A DNA stretch of 64,000 bases from a virus, in IMG/VR virus record IMGVR_UViG_3300009716_000001; one strand, written 5' to 3'. Shown here piece by piece: positions 17,324 through 27,645 of the stretch. Under the pieces are notes generated by a model, which was given only the letters and a program-made list of their open reading frames with translations, did no database searches and had not been told where the DNA came from. The position numbers and the translations under genes were made by a program. The first letter of the stretch is position 1; every line of letters starts with the position of its first letter.

Positions 17324-20300
17324 TTACGCTTTAAAACAAAAACTAAGGGCGTCTAACACATCTAAGTCTGTAACCTCTGCATTAGCTTGCAGTACATTGG
17401 CTTGCTTAGTAAAACCAAGCGCCTTGTCAAAATTAGGGTTCACAAACTTAAAATTATCCCAAAGCTGTTGAGACAAATATACGAAAGCTGCGGGAGCTAT
17501 TGGCACAATTTTATCATCTTTTAGTTCACCCGTAACATCATCTGCTCCAATCATGTATTGACCGAAACCTGCTTTAGGAAAAGCAATCTTTTTACCTTGG
17601 GCTTGATAGTCTTTAAGCGTAGATATAGCAGAGTCAATTTGCTGTTTTAAAGCAGGATTGATTACTGTAGAATTGATAGGTGCCGGCTGGTTTCCAGTTT
17701 GAGTCTTTCCTGTAGAGGCAATTCCGTTTGCTCCTTCAACCGGTTGTTGACCATCTGGTAAAATATCAGCTTTATTCATCTGACCATCTTTACCTGCACG
17801 GAATGTATTTCTTGTAGGTAATCCTACAACGTTTCCTTGCTTGATACCATAAAGAGCAGCTTCGTTTTTATCTGCACCACCATCTAGCATTTTACCATCA
17901 GGAGACTGAGCAACACCATTGATGGCAAATATCACATCCGGATTTTTATTGGAAGCGATAGTAGCTCCAACACGACCGATACCGTGAGCATCGAATATCA
18001 TATTACCTTGTGCATCTTCAGTAAACTTAACTTCAGGTGCAGCTGTCGTAGTAGCCTTTTCTTTTAATGCCGCCTTAATCATGTCTTTAACATCTTTAAC
18101 TGAAGCTTGCCCGTAACCGCTACGTTCGTAGTCTGCATTCAGGTCATAGTTGTTAATAGTATAATCTCTCATACGGCTACGAGATCTACGGTCAGAATTT
18201 ACCTGGATGAACTTTTTCCAATAACGTTCAAGCGTGACATTATTAATCTTACTAGAGAATTCCGGAATGTATAAAGTCATTAGGTCAGTGAACTTCTCCT
18301 GAGGCACCAAGCGTATTAATGAATACATCCCTTTAGTGTTCATACCAGATTGTAAGAAAGCATATATAGTAAAGCGATTGAAGAAATCTGTTACACGTTG
18401 TCTTTCAACAGCGGATTCTGTATTAAGCTCAATCTTATGTGGGTCAGATAAGGCCAACAAGTTCTGGTGGAATATGTTTATCTTTTCAGGGTCATCAATC
18501 ATAGAGTCATTCAGCATTATGTTTGCTGTACGGCTGCTACCTCTTTCCATTACGTTAGCTGATAAAGCACCTACTAAGCTGTACTTATCTGCAAGTTCTG
18601 GATACATGATTTGTATCTGCGTAAGTTGATCGGCCATTGATTCTCTGCTTCTAAACATCTTAGCCGCATTGAATGTATTGTCCATAGCCATATCACGTAG
18701 CATTTCTTCAAATACTATTTGATTTACACGAGCTTCAAAATGAGCATCAGTTTCATCAGCTTCTTTTGCTAAGCTTGCATTGTACATTTCAAGTTTAGCT
18801 TGTACATCAGCTCTTTCTTTCATAACGTCCCACTTACCTTTCCATTGGTCACGTAATATTTCACGTTCAAACACAAACGAGTAGTAAGTATCAGCTGTTT
18901 CAAAATCAGTAGCTTTAACAGGAGCTACAGATATAACGGTACCATCTGCTAATGTAACATTGTATTTGTATTTCTTAAGAGCTAAAGCTTGATAGTCTTT
19001 TTCTAGTTGAGCCTTGTCCATATAGATGACACCATCCTTAACAAATACAGCATGACGTAAACTAGTTAAAGACTTCACTTCTTTACCCTCAGACTTGATG
19101 TCCATACCACGGTAAACCTTATCGTTGATATTGAACTTGCGTATTGAGTTTTGGAAAATAAAGCTAGTTAAGTCATTGCGTAATTCATTAACCATTTTTT
19201 CAGCATCACCGAATGTAGCGTCCTTAGCATCATTGAACTCGTTAAGGTCTTTCATTTTATCCATGATGAATGTATTCAACACAGGATTGTTTCTCAACTT
19301 GAATAGGTCTTGCCATAATTCAACTTGGAAATCTTGAACATTGAAACTACCGATAGGTGATTCAGTTAAGATAGCATCAATCATTGCTGAAGGGAACATA
19401 CGTTCTTCTCTTAAGTCAGCTAACAACTGAGACTTTCTTTGTGCATCAAACAACGTTGCAGAACGGCTAGTATCAAAGTTAGTGTTCATTTTAACTTTGG
19501 TCATAACCTTTGACATCTCTTCCAGTTCAAGGAAGTGTAAGAAGATTGCTCTATCTACATTGTCCCACATTCCGGATTTGTTTTCAATTCGGCCATACAA
19601 GTTATTGGCAACTTCTTTTGGATTGAAGAATGCTTTAACTTCAGGTGATTGATAGTAATCACGAGTCAACTGGTCAAACTTCTCATCTCTTTCTTTGGCT
19701 TTTCCTCCAAGCTTTTTAGTTGTGTCTTTATCAAACAATTCTTCAAACATCACACGACGTGCAGCGTTTCTGAAGAACATTGGATTCTTATCACCTTTAC
19801 CCAGAGTCTTAGCAAACATACTCTTTGCTAACTTTTGTTCCTCAACGTATTTACGGATTAGTGGATGTGATACCATGTAAACTGCTTGGTCTACTGGAAC
19901 ACCCGCCTGTACCATAAATAACAACGTTGGTGATACCTCTTTGTTACCTTGGATGTTGAATATCCAAGCATCCTTAGCAATATCCACCCAACCATTAATA
20001 AGCTGTGCAACTACTGAAGAAATGCTTGTTTGTCCAGTTGCATCATACAAGTTAGCTAATGAGATAACTTTGTTACCTGACTCATCGTTAACACGGTTGT
20101 GAGGCAACAATATATTTAAGTCTTTGTAGACACCACCTGTTGTAGTATAACCTTTGTTCATACGCATACCGATACGGTTGAATACCGTATTGTATGTGTT
20201 ATCCACGGCACCTAAACCTAAGGTTTGTTTACCAATATTGTTTGACCCATGCTTGTATAAGTTGTATTGAATTTCAAATACACGCGTACCTGCAATTACT

Positions 20301-23300
20301 TTCGAAGACTCTCCACGGAAACGTGCTTTCGGTTTATACGCCATTACTTTATCAGCCAGATCATCAGCCAAAGGTTTAATTAAGTCAGTATCATTTGGAC
20401 GTACTAAACTGGCATAGTTGTCTTTAAGAGCTAGCATATCTCTCATGTTTTTCAAGATACGATTCTCAAGACCTTCTTCAGTTGTAGTATCCATAGGAAG
20501 GGTTACTTCTTTAGGATAGTAGTTGTAGATATGGTCAAAGATGTTTTGCTCTTCCTCGGTTCTGTCCTTTTTCTTTTTCTCAAGGATTGCTTTAAGCTCA
20601 TCTTCCGTCTTGTTATGGAAGTCTCCAAACATCTTGAAGTCAATATCCTTAAGGTTAGTCTTAGCTTTAATGGTAGGGAACATGAATGTAATCTTATCGA
20701 TGTCAAAGTCACCACCCGACTTAGCAACTATCTCAGAAGGAAGAACAACGATGTTACCCGCTTGTTCAGGTAAGAACTCATAAACCTCAGCAAACTCCAT
20801 AGAGTTATTCTCCTGGGTTGGGATACGAGGACCAGTGATACTCACCATGTCTCTATGCTGTCCTTTATTAAGCCACTCTTCACTCTTAAGCATTTCATTT
20901 AAGCGCTCAAGTGAATCAATCTTTTGACCATCATTGTGTAGTAATTCATAAAGCTTACGGAAGTCTCCTTGCATTGCAATTTTAACTTTCATAGCTTTAG
21001 TCTTTCCATCTTCTCCACGAGTATAGAATGGTAATTCATTTGTACCATACTTGATTCTTTCTTCTTCAGAAAGCTCCCCGCGTAAGTTAGTTTCCCAACC
21101 TGCACCAGATACCTGGATTAAACCTTCACCTTTAAACTTTTGTTTTACAAGGCGCTTTACTACGATAGCATTTAAAATCTTCTCAAGCTTTTCAGAAGAA
21201 AGAGAGATTGAAAGGTCATGCGCTAATCCGGTACCACCTTTCTTAGTTTTAAGAAACGCAATTTCATGCTCGCCTAATTCTTGACGAGAAAGCTCACCTT
21301 GGATGAACTCAATCAGCTTTTTGTCTATCTGTACTACACGTTTTCCATCAACGGTTTTGTACTGGATATTAGCTTCTTTGATAAGAGCCTCTTTCTTGAT
21401 TTTGGTTAGCTTGGCAATGTTTGCTTCATAACGCTTGATCAAGTTGTAGTATGGAGACTTTTCAAACTTCTCGTCTTTAGTAAGTTTCTCCCACTCAGCT
21501 TGTCTTTCTGGTAATGGTAAGTCACTTCTGAAATCAGTAGGAACTCCGCCTTCCATCAGACCGTTTTCAATAAGCTTACGCATCTGAGTAGGGAATGTTA
21601 CTTTCTCCTTAAAGTGAGGAGCTATCTCCAACTGGTTCTTTAAGAATTGTAAGTAAACAGTGTTAGGAGTAAGAGTAGAAGTTTCATCAACCTCACGTCC
21701 TTTAGAGTATAACACATCTTGTATTTTGTTTCCCTCTTCATCAATCTTTGTTAGGGTAGAGATTTTTGAACCTGATTTGAATACAGCATAATCAATACCC
21801 TGCTTCATTAATTTATCATGAAGCTTTTCAAGGTTCGTACCCTTGATGACATTTGGAATAAGCGGGAATAATGAGAACTTGTGAAACGCCATCGTAGGTA
21901 AGAAACCTGATTGGTCTTTCACAAATTGCCCGTTTTCGTTTTTACGATTCTCAACTGGACCCCAGTATTGGTACTTCTTAGTTGGGAAGAACTCCATGGC
22001 ATCATCCATTGAGATACTTTCTCCAGCACAGATAGCTTGATACATTTTCTCTTGCTTACCTGTCCACTTACCTTCCATAATAGAAGCTGAACGATAAAAG
22101 TCAAATGTAATCCAACCTTGTGCATCACCCTCATTCATTTCAGTATAAGCTTTTACAGCTTTGTCAATCTTCTCTTCAAGTTCTTTTGCAGACAAACCTT
22201 TGTTCTTTGCAGTGATACGTTCAGCAATTGCCTGGCGTATCTCTTTGAAATATGCAGAAGGAATCTCATTGTCTTTTAAGATAGCTGTTTGGAATGAGCC
22301 ATCGGTAGCAAGTTGCTTCTCAGTAAACCCTTTTGAAGCAGCATATTTTCTACCTTGTTTATTCACATAGTTAACCATAGCGTTATCCACTGCAAATAGG
22401 TTACCAGTTGAACCGGCACCCGCGTTACGCTTATGGAACTCTTCTTTCTTCATGTTATATTGAGCAATGTCACCATAAACAATGTTCATTGACTCAATGT
22501 TGTGTATCCAACTGTTCACTACAAAAGAACGCACCATGGCATCTTCTGTAAGAGTTAAAGCTTTATTAGCAAAACTGTTTGCAACCGGACCAGTAACATA
22601 TCCTGCTTTAGCAGCTTCTGTTTTAATACGGGCCGATAATGTTTTATCAATGAAGTGGTTCTTTTGGAAAACCTCTTTCACATTGTTGAACTGATTGTCC
22701 AAATACTCAATAATTTCAGCTCTTACTTTTTCTAAGTTTTCTGGAACAACATTTACTAAGCTCTTATCCTTAAGTAAAGCTGCTTGAGTAGCTGGAGTTA
22801 AGATGTCTTCGAAGATTACAAACTTACGACCCTCTTTCAAGTAATGCTCATCATAAACAACATCACCTTTTTTAGTCAGCTCTTTAATCTCATTAAGTTT
22901 TTGGATACGCTTCATTTCTGCATCTAGATAATTCATCATCATGTCTGCAGCTTTATTGTATCCAATTACATCGCCTTGTTCTGTTTTGAAGAAGCTAATG
23001 GTATCAACATATCCGCCAGTCTTAGCACCTCCTACAATGTTTTGTAACCATAAAGAGAATGAAGTTCCTTTATCCGCATGACGCATCAATTCTGGCTTAC
23101 CATTAAGAGTCATATGGAAATCCATAATCATCTTAGTGAACTCATCAGCACTTGCAGAAGCAATACCATCAGTACCACTCTCGCTTGTCATTTGAACACC
23201 ACTTAAGTTGGACATATTCAACTTAACTAAGTTGCCGCTAGCATCACGACGCTTTCTTCCGAATGCCGGGTCATTAGTTGCAAGAGGTCTACCTAAAGCA

Positions 23301-26300
23301 TCTTTCATTTCAAAGATGGAATTTAACCACAGAGACGATGCCGCAAACGGATTGATATTTATATCAAGATATCTCATGTGAGGAATAGCCATTAAGTCTT
23401 GGTAAGACTCTGCACTATTAATCGTTGACACCATGATACTCATACTGTTGTGTAAGCTCAATTCATATTGAGTATTTCCCTCAGCATTGGTTTGAGCATA
23501 ATTAGATGTATGGTCACTATGCTTGTTCTCCAGATCAGCTAAAGCTGTTAAGTTAGCGTTGTCACTAGCTAATCCTAAATCTTCATACTCTTTAAACACA
23601 TCATCTAATGAATATACACGTTTTATGTTATTCTTAGAAAGTGTTTTCAGTCTTGTTAATATTACAGCAGGATTTCCAACATTGCTATTAACTGCAGTAT
23701 TTATAACCGGTTTATCACTTAGTAATACACCGATAGCTCTCAAGAAACCAGGAGCATCTTTAAGCTTACCTTTAGTATCTGTGAAATCAGCAATCACGGC
23801 ATCAACATCTAAGTAATTCATGTTGAATGTAGGGTTTTGTTTTCCCTCAGGTGTTGCCTCATTCATATCACGAAGAATGTAATCCGTATTCATTGTACGG
23901 AAAGCATTTCTCCATAGGTTACCTGTTCTACGAGAACTTGAATTAGCTTGACCAATAGTCATTTTATAGCTTGAAGAAACTACACCATTGTCTTCACGAG
24001 TTGTTTCTTCAACCGTCATTTGAATTAACGGAATACTAACCATGTTGAAGGTAGCCCAGAACTTTTGCCATAATGCAGTATCAGCTTCTGATTGTGTATC
24101 CACTGGTCCAAGTTTATCTAATAACTCAGATATAGTTGGGTCAATTATACGAGTCACTTCACCTGCAGCATTTCTCTCATGAGCGGCTTTATCTAAAGCT
24201 TTCCACATATCCGGTCTGCTCATGATACCATTTAAGGTACGAGCAATCTTATTCCATACCACATGGGTATCTGCTAACTCATGAATACCTATAACGTTTT
24301 TTACCGGTAAACCGTTTTTATCAAAGCGGTGAATACTGCGTAACAGATATTTTACTTCAGGAGAAGACAAGTCGTATTGACTGGTTTCATTTCCGGAGCG
24401 GTCAAAACCTTGACCACGCGCTTCCTCGTTTTGTTTTACCTCATCAATTTCGCTGTCATCAAACAATGATTCCTTATCCTGTTCTGATAAGTACTTAGAC
24501 TTAAGTACATGGTAAGCAATAAGACCTTTATTGTCTTTGTTGTTAGCAAGGTTCTCAATATCACCAAAGTTTGGACCAGTAGCCCATTCTAAAGTGTTAA
24601 TGCTTTGCTGAAGTATATTTCGCTTGTAAGCTGTTTTTGGATCTTCACCAGATAACTCATCACGTTCTTTAATGAGTTTGTCTTTAGTTTTGATAAGTTC
24701 TTGAAGAACGGTTCTGTAAACAGACTTTCTATTCTCAGGTGTACTCATTAATTGAGTTACATAAGACCTGTCACCTTTTGATTTTGAAACAAACGTTGCA
24801 AACTTAGAGATGATAGAGTCCATTGAGTTCACCAACATGTTGGCATTCTGCAAGTCAATTACCTGGCTACTGCTGTTTTTATCACGAGCTTGTAAGCTGT
24901 TTAATACACCTATTGATTTGTCACGGTTGTTAACGTCAAAGTTATACTTAGACAAATCACCAACACGTAGGTTTTCATACATCTCAAATATAGGTCCATA
25001 ACTCAGCGGGTTTTGAATTAAATCTGCTGCAGGTACTTGGTGTATTGTAAATAGGGCTTTTAAGAAATCAAGTATTTGTTTAAATATAGAACGTGTTCCT
25101 GGAGAACCTTTTATCATCTTTTTACCACCGGATATCATGAACTCTCTAAATTCTTCTGCTAAGAACTCTTCAAGTTGCCATACATCAGCACTTTTAAAAG
25201 AGACAGTATTTCCATTGTAGTCTACAAATGAGCCAGAACGATTGCGTGCTTCAGCATATAATGTTTTACGTTGGTCAGCCGTAAGGAAAGTTTGTGTAAA
25301 ACCGTGCCATGCTTCATGATATAAATCAGTGAAGTCACCACTTTTTGATGCATCAAACTTACCATCCTCAGAGTAATAATGGAATAAACGGATACCATGA
25401 ATTGACCATTGAGCAACTGGACCAATACCTTGGTTCACTGCTCTGAACACAGTTTCAAAAGGAAAGTGCTTCTTCAATGGACTATTGTTGTACCAAATCT
25501 CAGCTTGTTTTATTTGATGTGCTAAAACAGCAGAGTTCAATTCTTTTTGAGGAAGTCTTTTATCCATCGTAAAGCCTGCAGCCAATTCATCCAAATCAGC
25601 ATTAGATTGTGTAGCCGCTGTATTGGTTGGTTCTTTTTTCTCTACAGGTTCTTGTGATTTTTCAACTTGCTCTTGAACTTTTGCACCAGGTATGAACTTA
25701 GTAAACTCCTCTAGCGTAGGAGCAAAAGTCATTACAGGATTAAATGCTACAACTTTATTGTTAGCATCAACCTTTGCGATAGTTGCATAGTTATCTCTTA
25801 TGAAATTATTATAAGGCATTGGAGTAATTGTCAACACACCGTTGTTGATAGTTGGCATTTCCAATACACCATTGATCAAGTTTCCTACCACGTCTACGTG
25901 TGGGAAATTGATTTTGTAAAAGTCTCCTTTGTCGTCTTCTAAAACATTATTGGTGTTAACTTGACCCTCTAATGTTTTAACGGGTACTACACCTTCCTTA
26001 GCTAAGTTCTCTCGTTTAAGAGGAACCTTAGCACCTTTGCTTGGAGTGGTAAATGCTTTTTGTAAAGCCTCAGCTAATTTATTTCTGTTAGCTGTTCCGC
26101 TTTCAGTATAGTCAAAGCTGTAACGTACACCATTAATATCCACACGGAATTGACCATTCTCATGTGTAAAGCCTCCGTCTTTAGTGTTTGGTACAAAACG
26201 GATATTGCTATACTTAGCTAATAAGAACTGTTGAATAAGTGCATTCCTCCTTAGAATATCAACAGGCTTACCATTCTCTGTTAATGGTTGAGTGAATAAA

Positions 26301-27637
26301 GAGATAAGCTGATTCATAAGTTCAGGCATATCTTTCACAGAAGGTTTATCAATGTTGATAGGCTCACTAATTCCAGGAGCATAGAAATATGCACCACCCA
26401 TTGGTAAGTTCATACCTAACTCTTCTTTCTTAACAGAGATTGGAGAAAACGTATTCTCACCAAAGATTTGTTTAAGCGGAGTCGGGTTATATTGATTGTT
26501 GATAACAAACCCTTTTGAAGAACCTGTAATAACAGCTTGAACTGAATTACCTTTTTCTTCTACATATTGACGCATCCATTCGAATGCTTCAAAGTCTCTT
26601 GTTAAATTATCAAGTGCCTCCATTTCAGCTTCAACTTCAGTCATACCCGCATCTCTGTACTGACGTACTAAAGCATTGTATTTGGTCATAACTGTGTTAT
26701 AGAAAGAAGCTGCATTCTTTTTCTTTTGCCAGTCTTTCATTGTACTATACTCAGGACTGGCCATCACATGATCCATGAAAGCTTTCTGATTCAAATCAAG
26801 AATCATAGTTCCTCCTGCATTTACTTTGAAAGGAACAGGGCTGTATAGTTTAAACCATGAAGCACCTTTACCATTTGTAATAGCTTTACCGGTACCATCA
26901 AATGATACAGGTTCACCCCATGAGCTGGTAAGAACAGCTACCATACCTTTATCAGCATGGGTATAACTTGGACGACCTGCAAGTTTATTAGCTTCACCTG
27001 CTGGCATAATCTTTAAAAATACAGGACCTACACCAGGTACATTTACTTGTGAGCTATCAGAGACACCTTGCTTTTCCATCAGTTCTCTAATGGTTTTAAT
27101 AGCTGCAATGTTTAGTACATTCTCTTTTACAACCTCTCCTGTTTCAGTTATCTCTGGTCCATAGGTATAGAATGCACCAAATGGTAACGTTTTCCATGGT
27201 TCAGCTTTTTCTTGCTGTTTTTCTTCAGACTCAATTACGGGTTCAGGAGCAACCTCGGTTTTAATATCCTGTTCCACCGCATCAATAATCTCAGCTGGTG
27301 ATTCAGTTAAACCAAGAACTTCTCTTACTTTATCGATACTACGGAAAGCTTTTTTCTTTGCAAGAACTTCCATACGGATGTCTTCATTGAATTTTTCAAA
27401 GTGCTCTTCTAACTTTGGTCTATTAGCTAATGTCTGGTCAACAAAACCAGGTACCAGCATTGCGGCATCTAATGCTAAAGCTTCATTCCCTTGAGAAGAA
27501 ATTTTAGCAAAGTTATACACCTCCCTGATATACGCATCAAGGTCAAGAGGCTCGTCGCCTTTTGCTTTTGTAAATAAATCAGAGGCTACCATTACGAATA
27601 GCCCATCTCGCATTTCCTGGTTTAATAAACAGCTCAT
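17324..27637 (-). CDS. giant protein (3437 aa) with beta-prime-like DPBB catalytic loop: candidate virion RNA polymerase, plus HExxH module
   Basis: ITGPRIPTQ...NIVVLPSEIVAKSGGDFDIDKITFMFP places DFDID at aa 2310-2314 (20696-20710). FKSGSKIS lies at aa 1953-1960 (21758-21781). HEAWH lies at aa 774-778 (25304-25318) with LEEFLAEEF 45 aa later. The C-terminal DVIFAING...GGAD...KIAFPKAGFG is macro-like. Confidence 0.55.
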   Translation of the reverse strand: MSCLLNQEMRDGLFVMVASDLFTKAKGDEPLDLDAYIREVYNFAKISSQGNEALALDAAMLVPGFVDQTLANRPKLEEHFEKFNEDIRMEVLAKKKAFRSIDKVREVLGLTESPAEIIDAVEQDIKTEVAPEPVIESEEKQQEKAEPWKTLPFGAFYTYGPEITETGEVVKENVLNIAAIKTIRELMEKQGVSDSSQVNVPGVGPVFLKIMPAGEANKLAGRPSYTHADKGMVAVLTSSWGEPVSFDGTGKAITNGKGASWFKLYSPVPFKVNAGGTMILDLNQKAFMDHVMASPEYSTMKDWQKKKNAASFYNTVMTKYNALVRQYRDAGMTEVEAEMEALDNLTRDFEAFEWMRQYVEEKGNSVQAVITGSSKGFVINNQYNPTPLKQIFGENTFSPISVKKEELGMNLPMGGAYFYAPGISEPINIDKPSVKDMPELMNQLISLFTQPLTENGKPVDILRRNALIQQFLLAKYSNIRFVPNTKDGGFTHENGQFRVDINGVRYSFDYTESGTANRNKLAEALQKAFTTPSKGAKVPLKRENLAKEGVVPVKTLEGQVNTNNVLEDDKGDFYKINFPHVDVVGNLINGVLEMPTINNGVLTITPMPYNNFIRDNYATIAKVDANNKVVAFNPVMTFAPTLEEFTKFIPGAKVQEQVEKSQEPVEKKEPTNTAATQSNADLDELAAGFTMDKRLPQKELNSAVLAHQIKQAEIWYNNSPLKKHFPFETVFRAVNQGIGPVAQWSIHGIRLFHYYSEDGKFDASKSGDFTDLYHEAWHGFTQTFLTADQRKTLYAEARNRSGSFVDYNGNTVSFKSADVWQLEEFLAEEFREFMISGGKKMIKGSPGTRSIFKQILDFLKALFTIHQVPAADLIQNPLSYGPIFEMYENLRVGDLSKYNFDVNNRDKSIGVLNSLQARDKNSSSQVIDLQNANMLVNSMDSIISKFATFVSKSKGDRSYVTQLMSTPENRKSVYRTVLQELIKTKDKLIKERDELSGEDPKTAYKRNILQQSINTLEWATGPNFGDIENLANNKDNKGLIAYHVLKSKYLSEQDKESLFDDSEIDEVKQNEEARGQGFDRSGNETSQYDLSSPEVKYLLRSIHRFDKNGLPVKNVIGIHELADTHVVWNKIARTLNGIMSRPDMWKALDKAAHERNAAGEVTRIIDPTISELLDKLGPVDTQSEADTALWQKFWATFNMVSIPLIQMTVEETTREDNGVVSSSYKMTIGQANSSSRRTGNLWRNAFRTMNTDYILRDMNEATPEGKQNPTFNMNYLDVDAVIADFTDTKGKLKDAPGFLRAIGVLLSDKPVINTAVNSNVGNPAVILTRLKTLSKNNIKRVYSLDDVFKEYEDLGLASDNANLTALADLENKHSDHTSNYAQTNAEGNTQYELSLHNSMSIMVSTINSAESYQDLMAIPHMRYLDININPFAASSLWLNSIFEMKDALGRPLATNDPAFGRKRRDASGNLVKLNMSNLSGVQMTSESGTDGIASASADEFTKMIMDFHMTLNGKPELMRHADKGTSFSLWLQNIVGGAKTGGYVDTISFFKTEQGDVIGYNKAADMMMNYLDAEMKRIQKLNEIKELTKKGDVVYDEHYLKEGRKFVIFEDILTPATQAALLKDKSLVNVVPENLEKVRAEIIEYLDNQFNNVKEVFQKNHFIDKTLSARIKTEAAKAGYVTGPVANSFANKALTLTEDAMVRSFVVNSWIHNIESMNIVYGDIAQYNMKKEEFHKRNAGAGSTGNLFAVDNAMVNYVNKQGRKYAASKGFTEKQLATDGSFQTAILKDNEIPSAYFKEIRQAIAERITAKNKGLSAKELEEKIDKAVKAYTEMNEGDAQGWITFDFYRSASIMEGKWTGKQEKMYQAICAGESISMDDAMEFFPTKKYQYWGPVENRKNENGQFVKDQSGFLPTMAFHKFSLFPLIPNVIKGTNLEKLHDKLMKQGIDYAVFKSGSKISTLTKIDEEGNKIQDVLYSKGREVDETSTLTPNTVYLQFLKNQLEIAPHFKEKVTFPTQMRKLIENGLMEGGVPTDFRSDLPLPERQAEWEKLTKDEKFEKSPYYNLIKRYEANIAKLTKIKKEALIKEANIQYKTVDGKRVVQIDKKLIEFIQGELSRQELGEHEIAFLKTKKGGTGLAHDLSISLSSEKLEKILNAIVVKRLVKQKFKGEGLIQVSGAGWETNLRGELSEEERIKYGTNELPFYTRGEDGKTKAMKVKIAMQGDFRKLYELLHNDGQKIDSLERLNEMLKSEEWLNKGQHRDMVSITGPRIPTQENNSMEFAEVYEFLPEQAGNIVVLPSEIVAKSGGDFDIDKITFMFPTIKAKTNLKDIDFKMFGDFHNKTEDELKAILEKKKKDRTEEEQNIFDHIYNYYPKEVTLPMDTTTEEGLENRILKNMRDMLALKDNYASLVRPNDTDLIKPLADDLADKVMAYKPKARFRGESSKVIAGTRVFEIQYNLYKHGSNNIGKQTLGLGAVDNTYNTVFNRIGMRMNKGYTTTGGVYKDLNILLPHNRVNDESGNKVISLANLYDATGQTSISSVVAQLINGWVDIAKDAWIFNIQGNKEVSPTLLFMVQAGVPVDQAVYMVSHPLIRKYVEEQKLAKSMFAKTLGKGDKNPMFFRNAARRVMFEELFDKDTTKKLGGKAKERDEKFDQLTRDYYQSPEVKAFFNPKEVANNLYGRIENKSGMWDNVDRAIFLHFLELEEMSKVMTKVKMNTNFDTSRSATLFDAQRKSQLLADLREERMFPSAMIDAILTESPIGSFNVQDFQVELWQDLFKLRNNPVLNTFIMDKMKDLNEFNDAKDATFGDAEKMVNELRNDLTSFIFQNSIRKFNINDKVYRGMDIKSEGKEVKSLTSLRHAVFVKDGVIYMDKAQLEKDYQALALKKYKYNVTLADGTVISVAPVKATDFETADTYYSFVFEREILRDQWKGKWDVMKERADVQAKLEMYNASLAKEADETDAHFEARVNQIVFEEMLRDMAMDNTFNAAKMFRSRESMADQLTQIQIMYPELADKYSLVGALSANVMERGSSRTANIMLNDSMIDDPEKINIFHQNLLALSDPHKIELNTESAVERQRVTDFFNRFTIYAFLQSGMNTKGMYSLIRLVPQEKFTDLMTLYIPEFSSKINNVTLERYWKKFIQVNSDRRSRSRMRDYTINNYDLNADYERSGYGQASVKDVKDMIKAALKEKATTTAAPEVKFTEDAQGNMIFDAHGIGRVGATIASNKNPDVIFAINGVAQSPDGKMLDGGADKNEAALYGIKQGNVVGLPTRNTFRAGKDGQMNKADILPDGQQPVEGANGIASTGKTQTGNQPAPINSTVINPALKQQIDSAISTLKDYQAQGKKIAFPKAGFGQYMIGADDVTGELKDDKIVPIAPAAFVYLSQQLWDNFKFVNPNFDKALGFTKQANVLQANAEVTDLDVLDALSFCFKA

Positions 27638-27645
27638 GGTATTAA

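Noticed and set aside
17324-27637. Reading the 3437-aa ORF as an N4-type (T7-like single-subunit) virion RNA polymerase. The size is similar to N4 gp50, and the position at the end of the late block is similar too.
   Set aside because: I could not find the T7-like motif set (motif A D-x-x-x-D context, motif B R-x-x-x-K-x6-YG, motif C HD-S/A in context). The GGDFDID loop with its R-x-P-T and strand context fits the two-barrel family instead. This still needs profile searches to settle.
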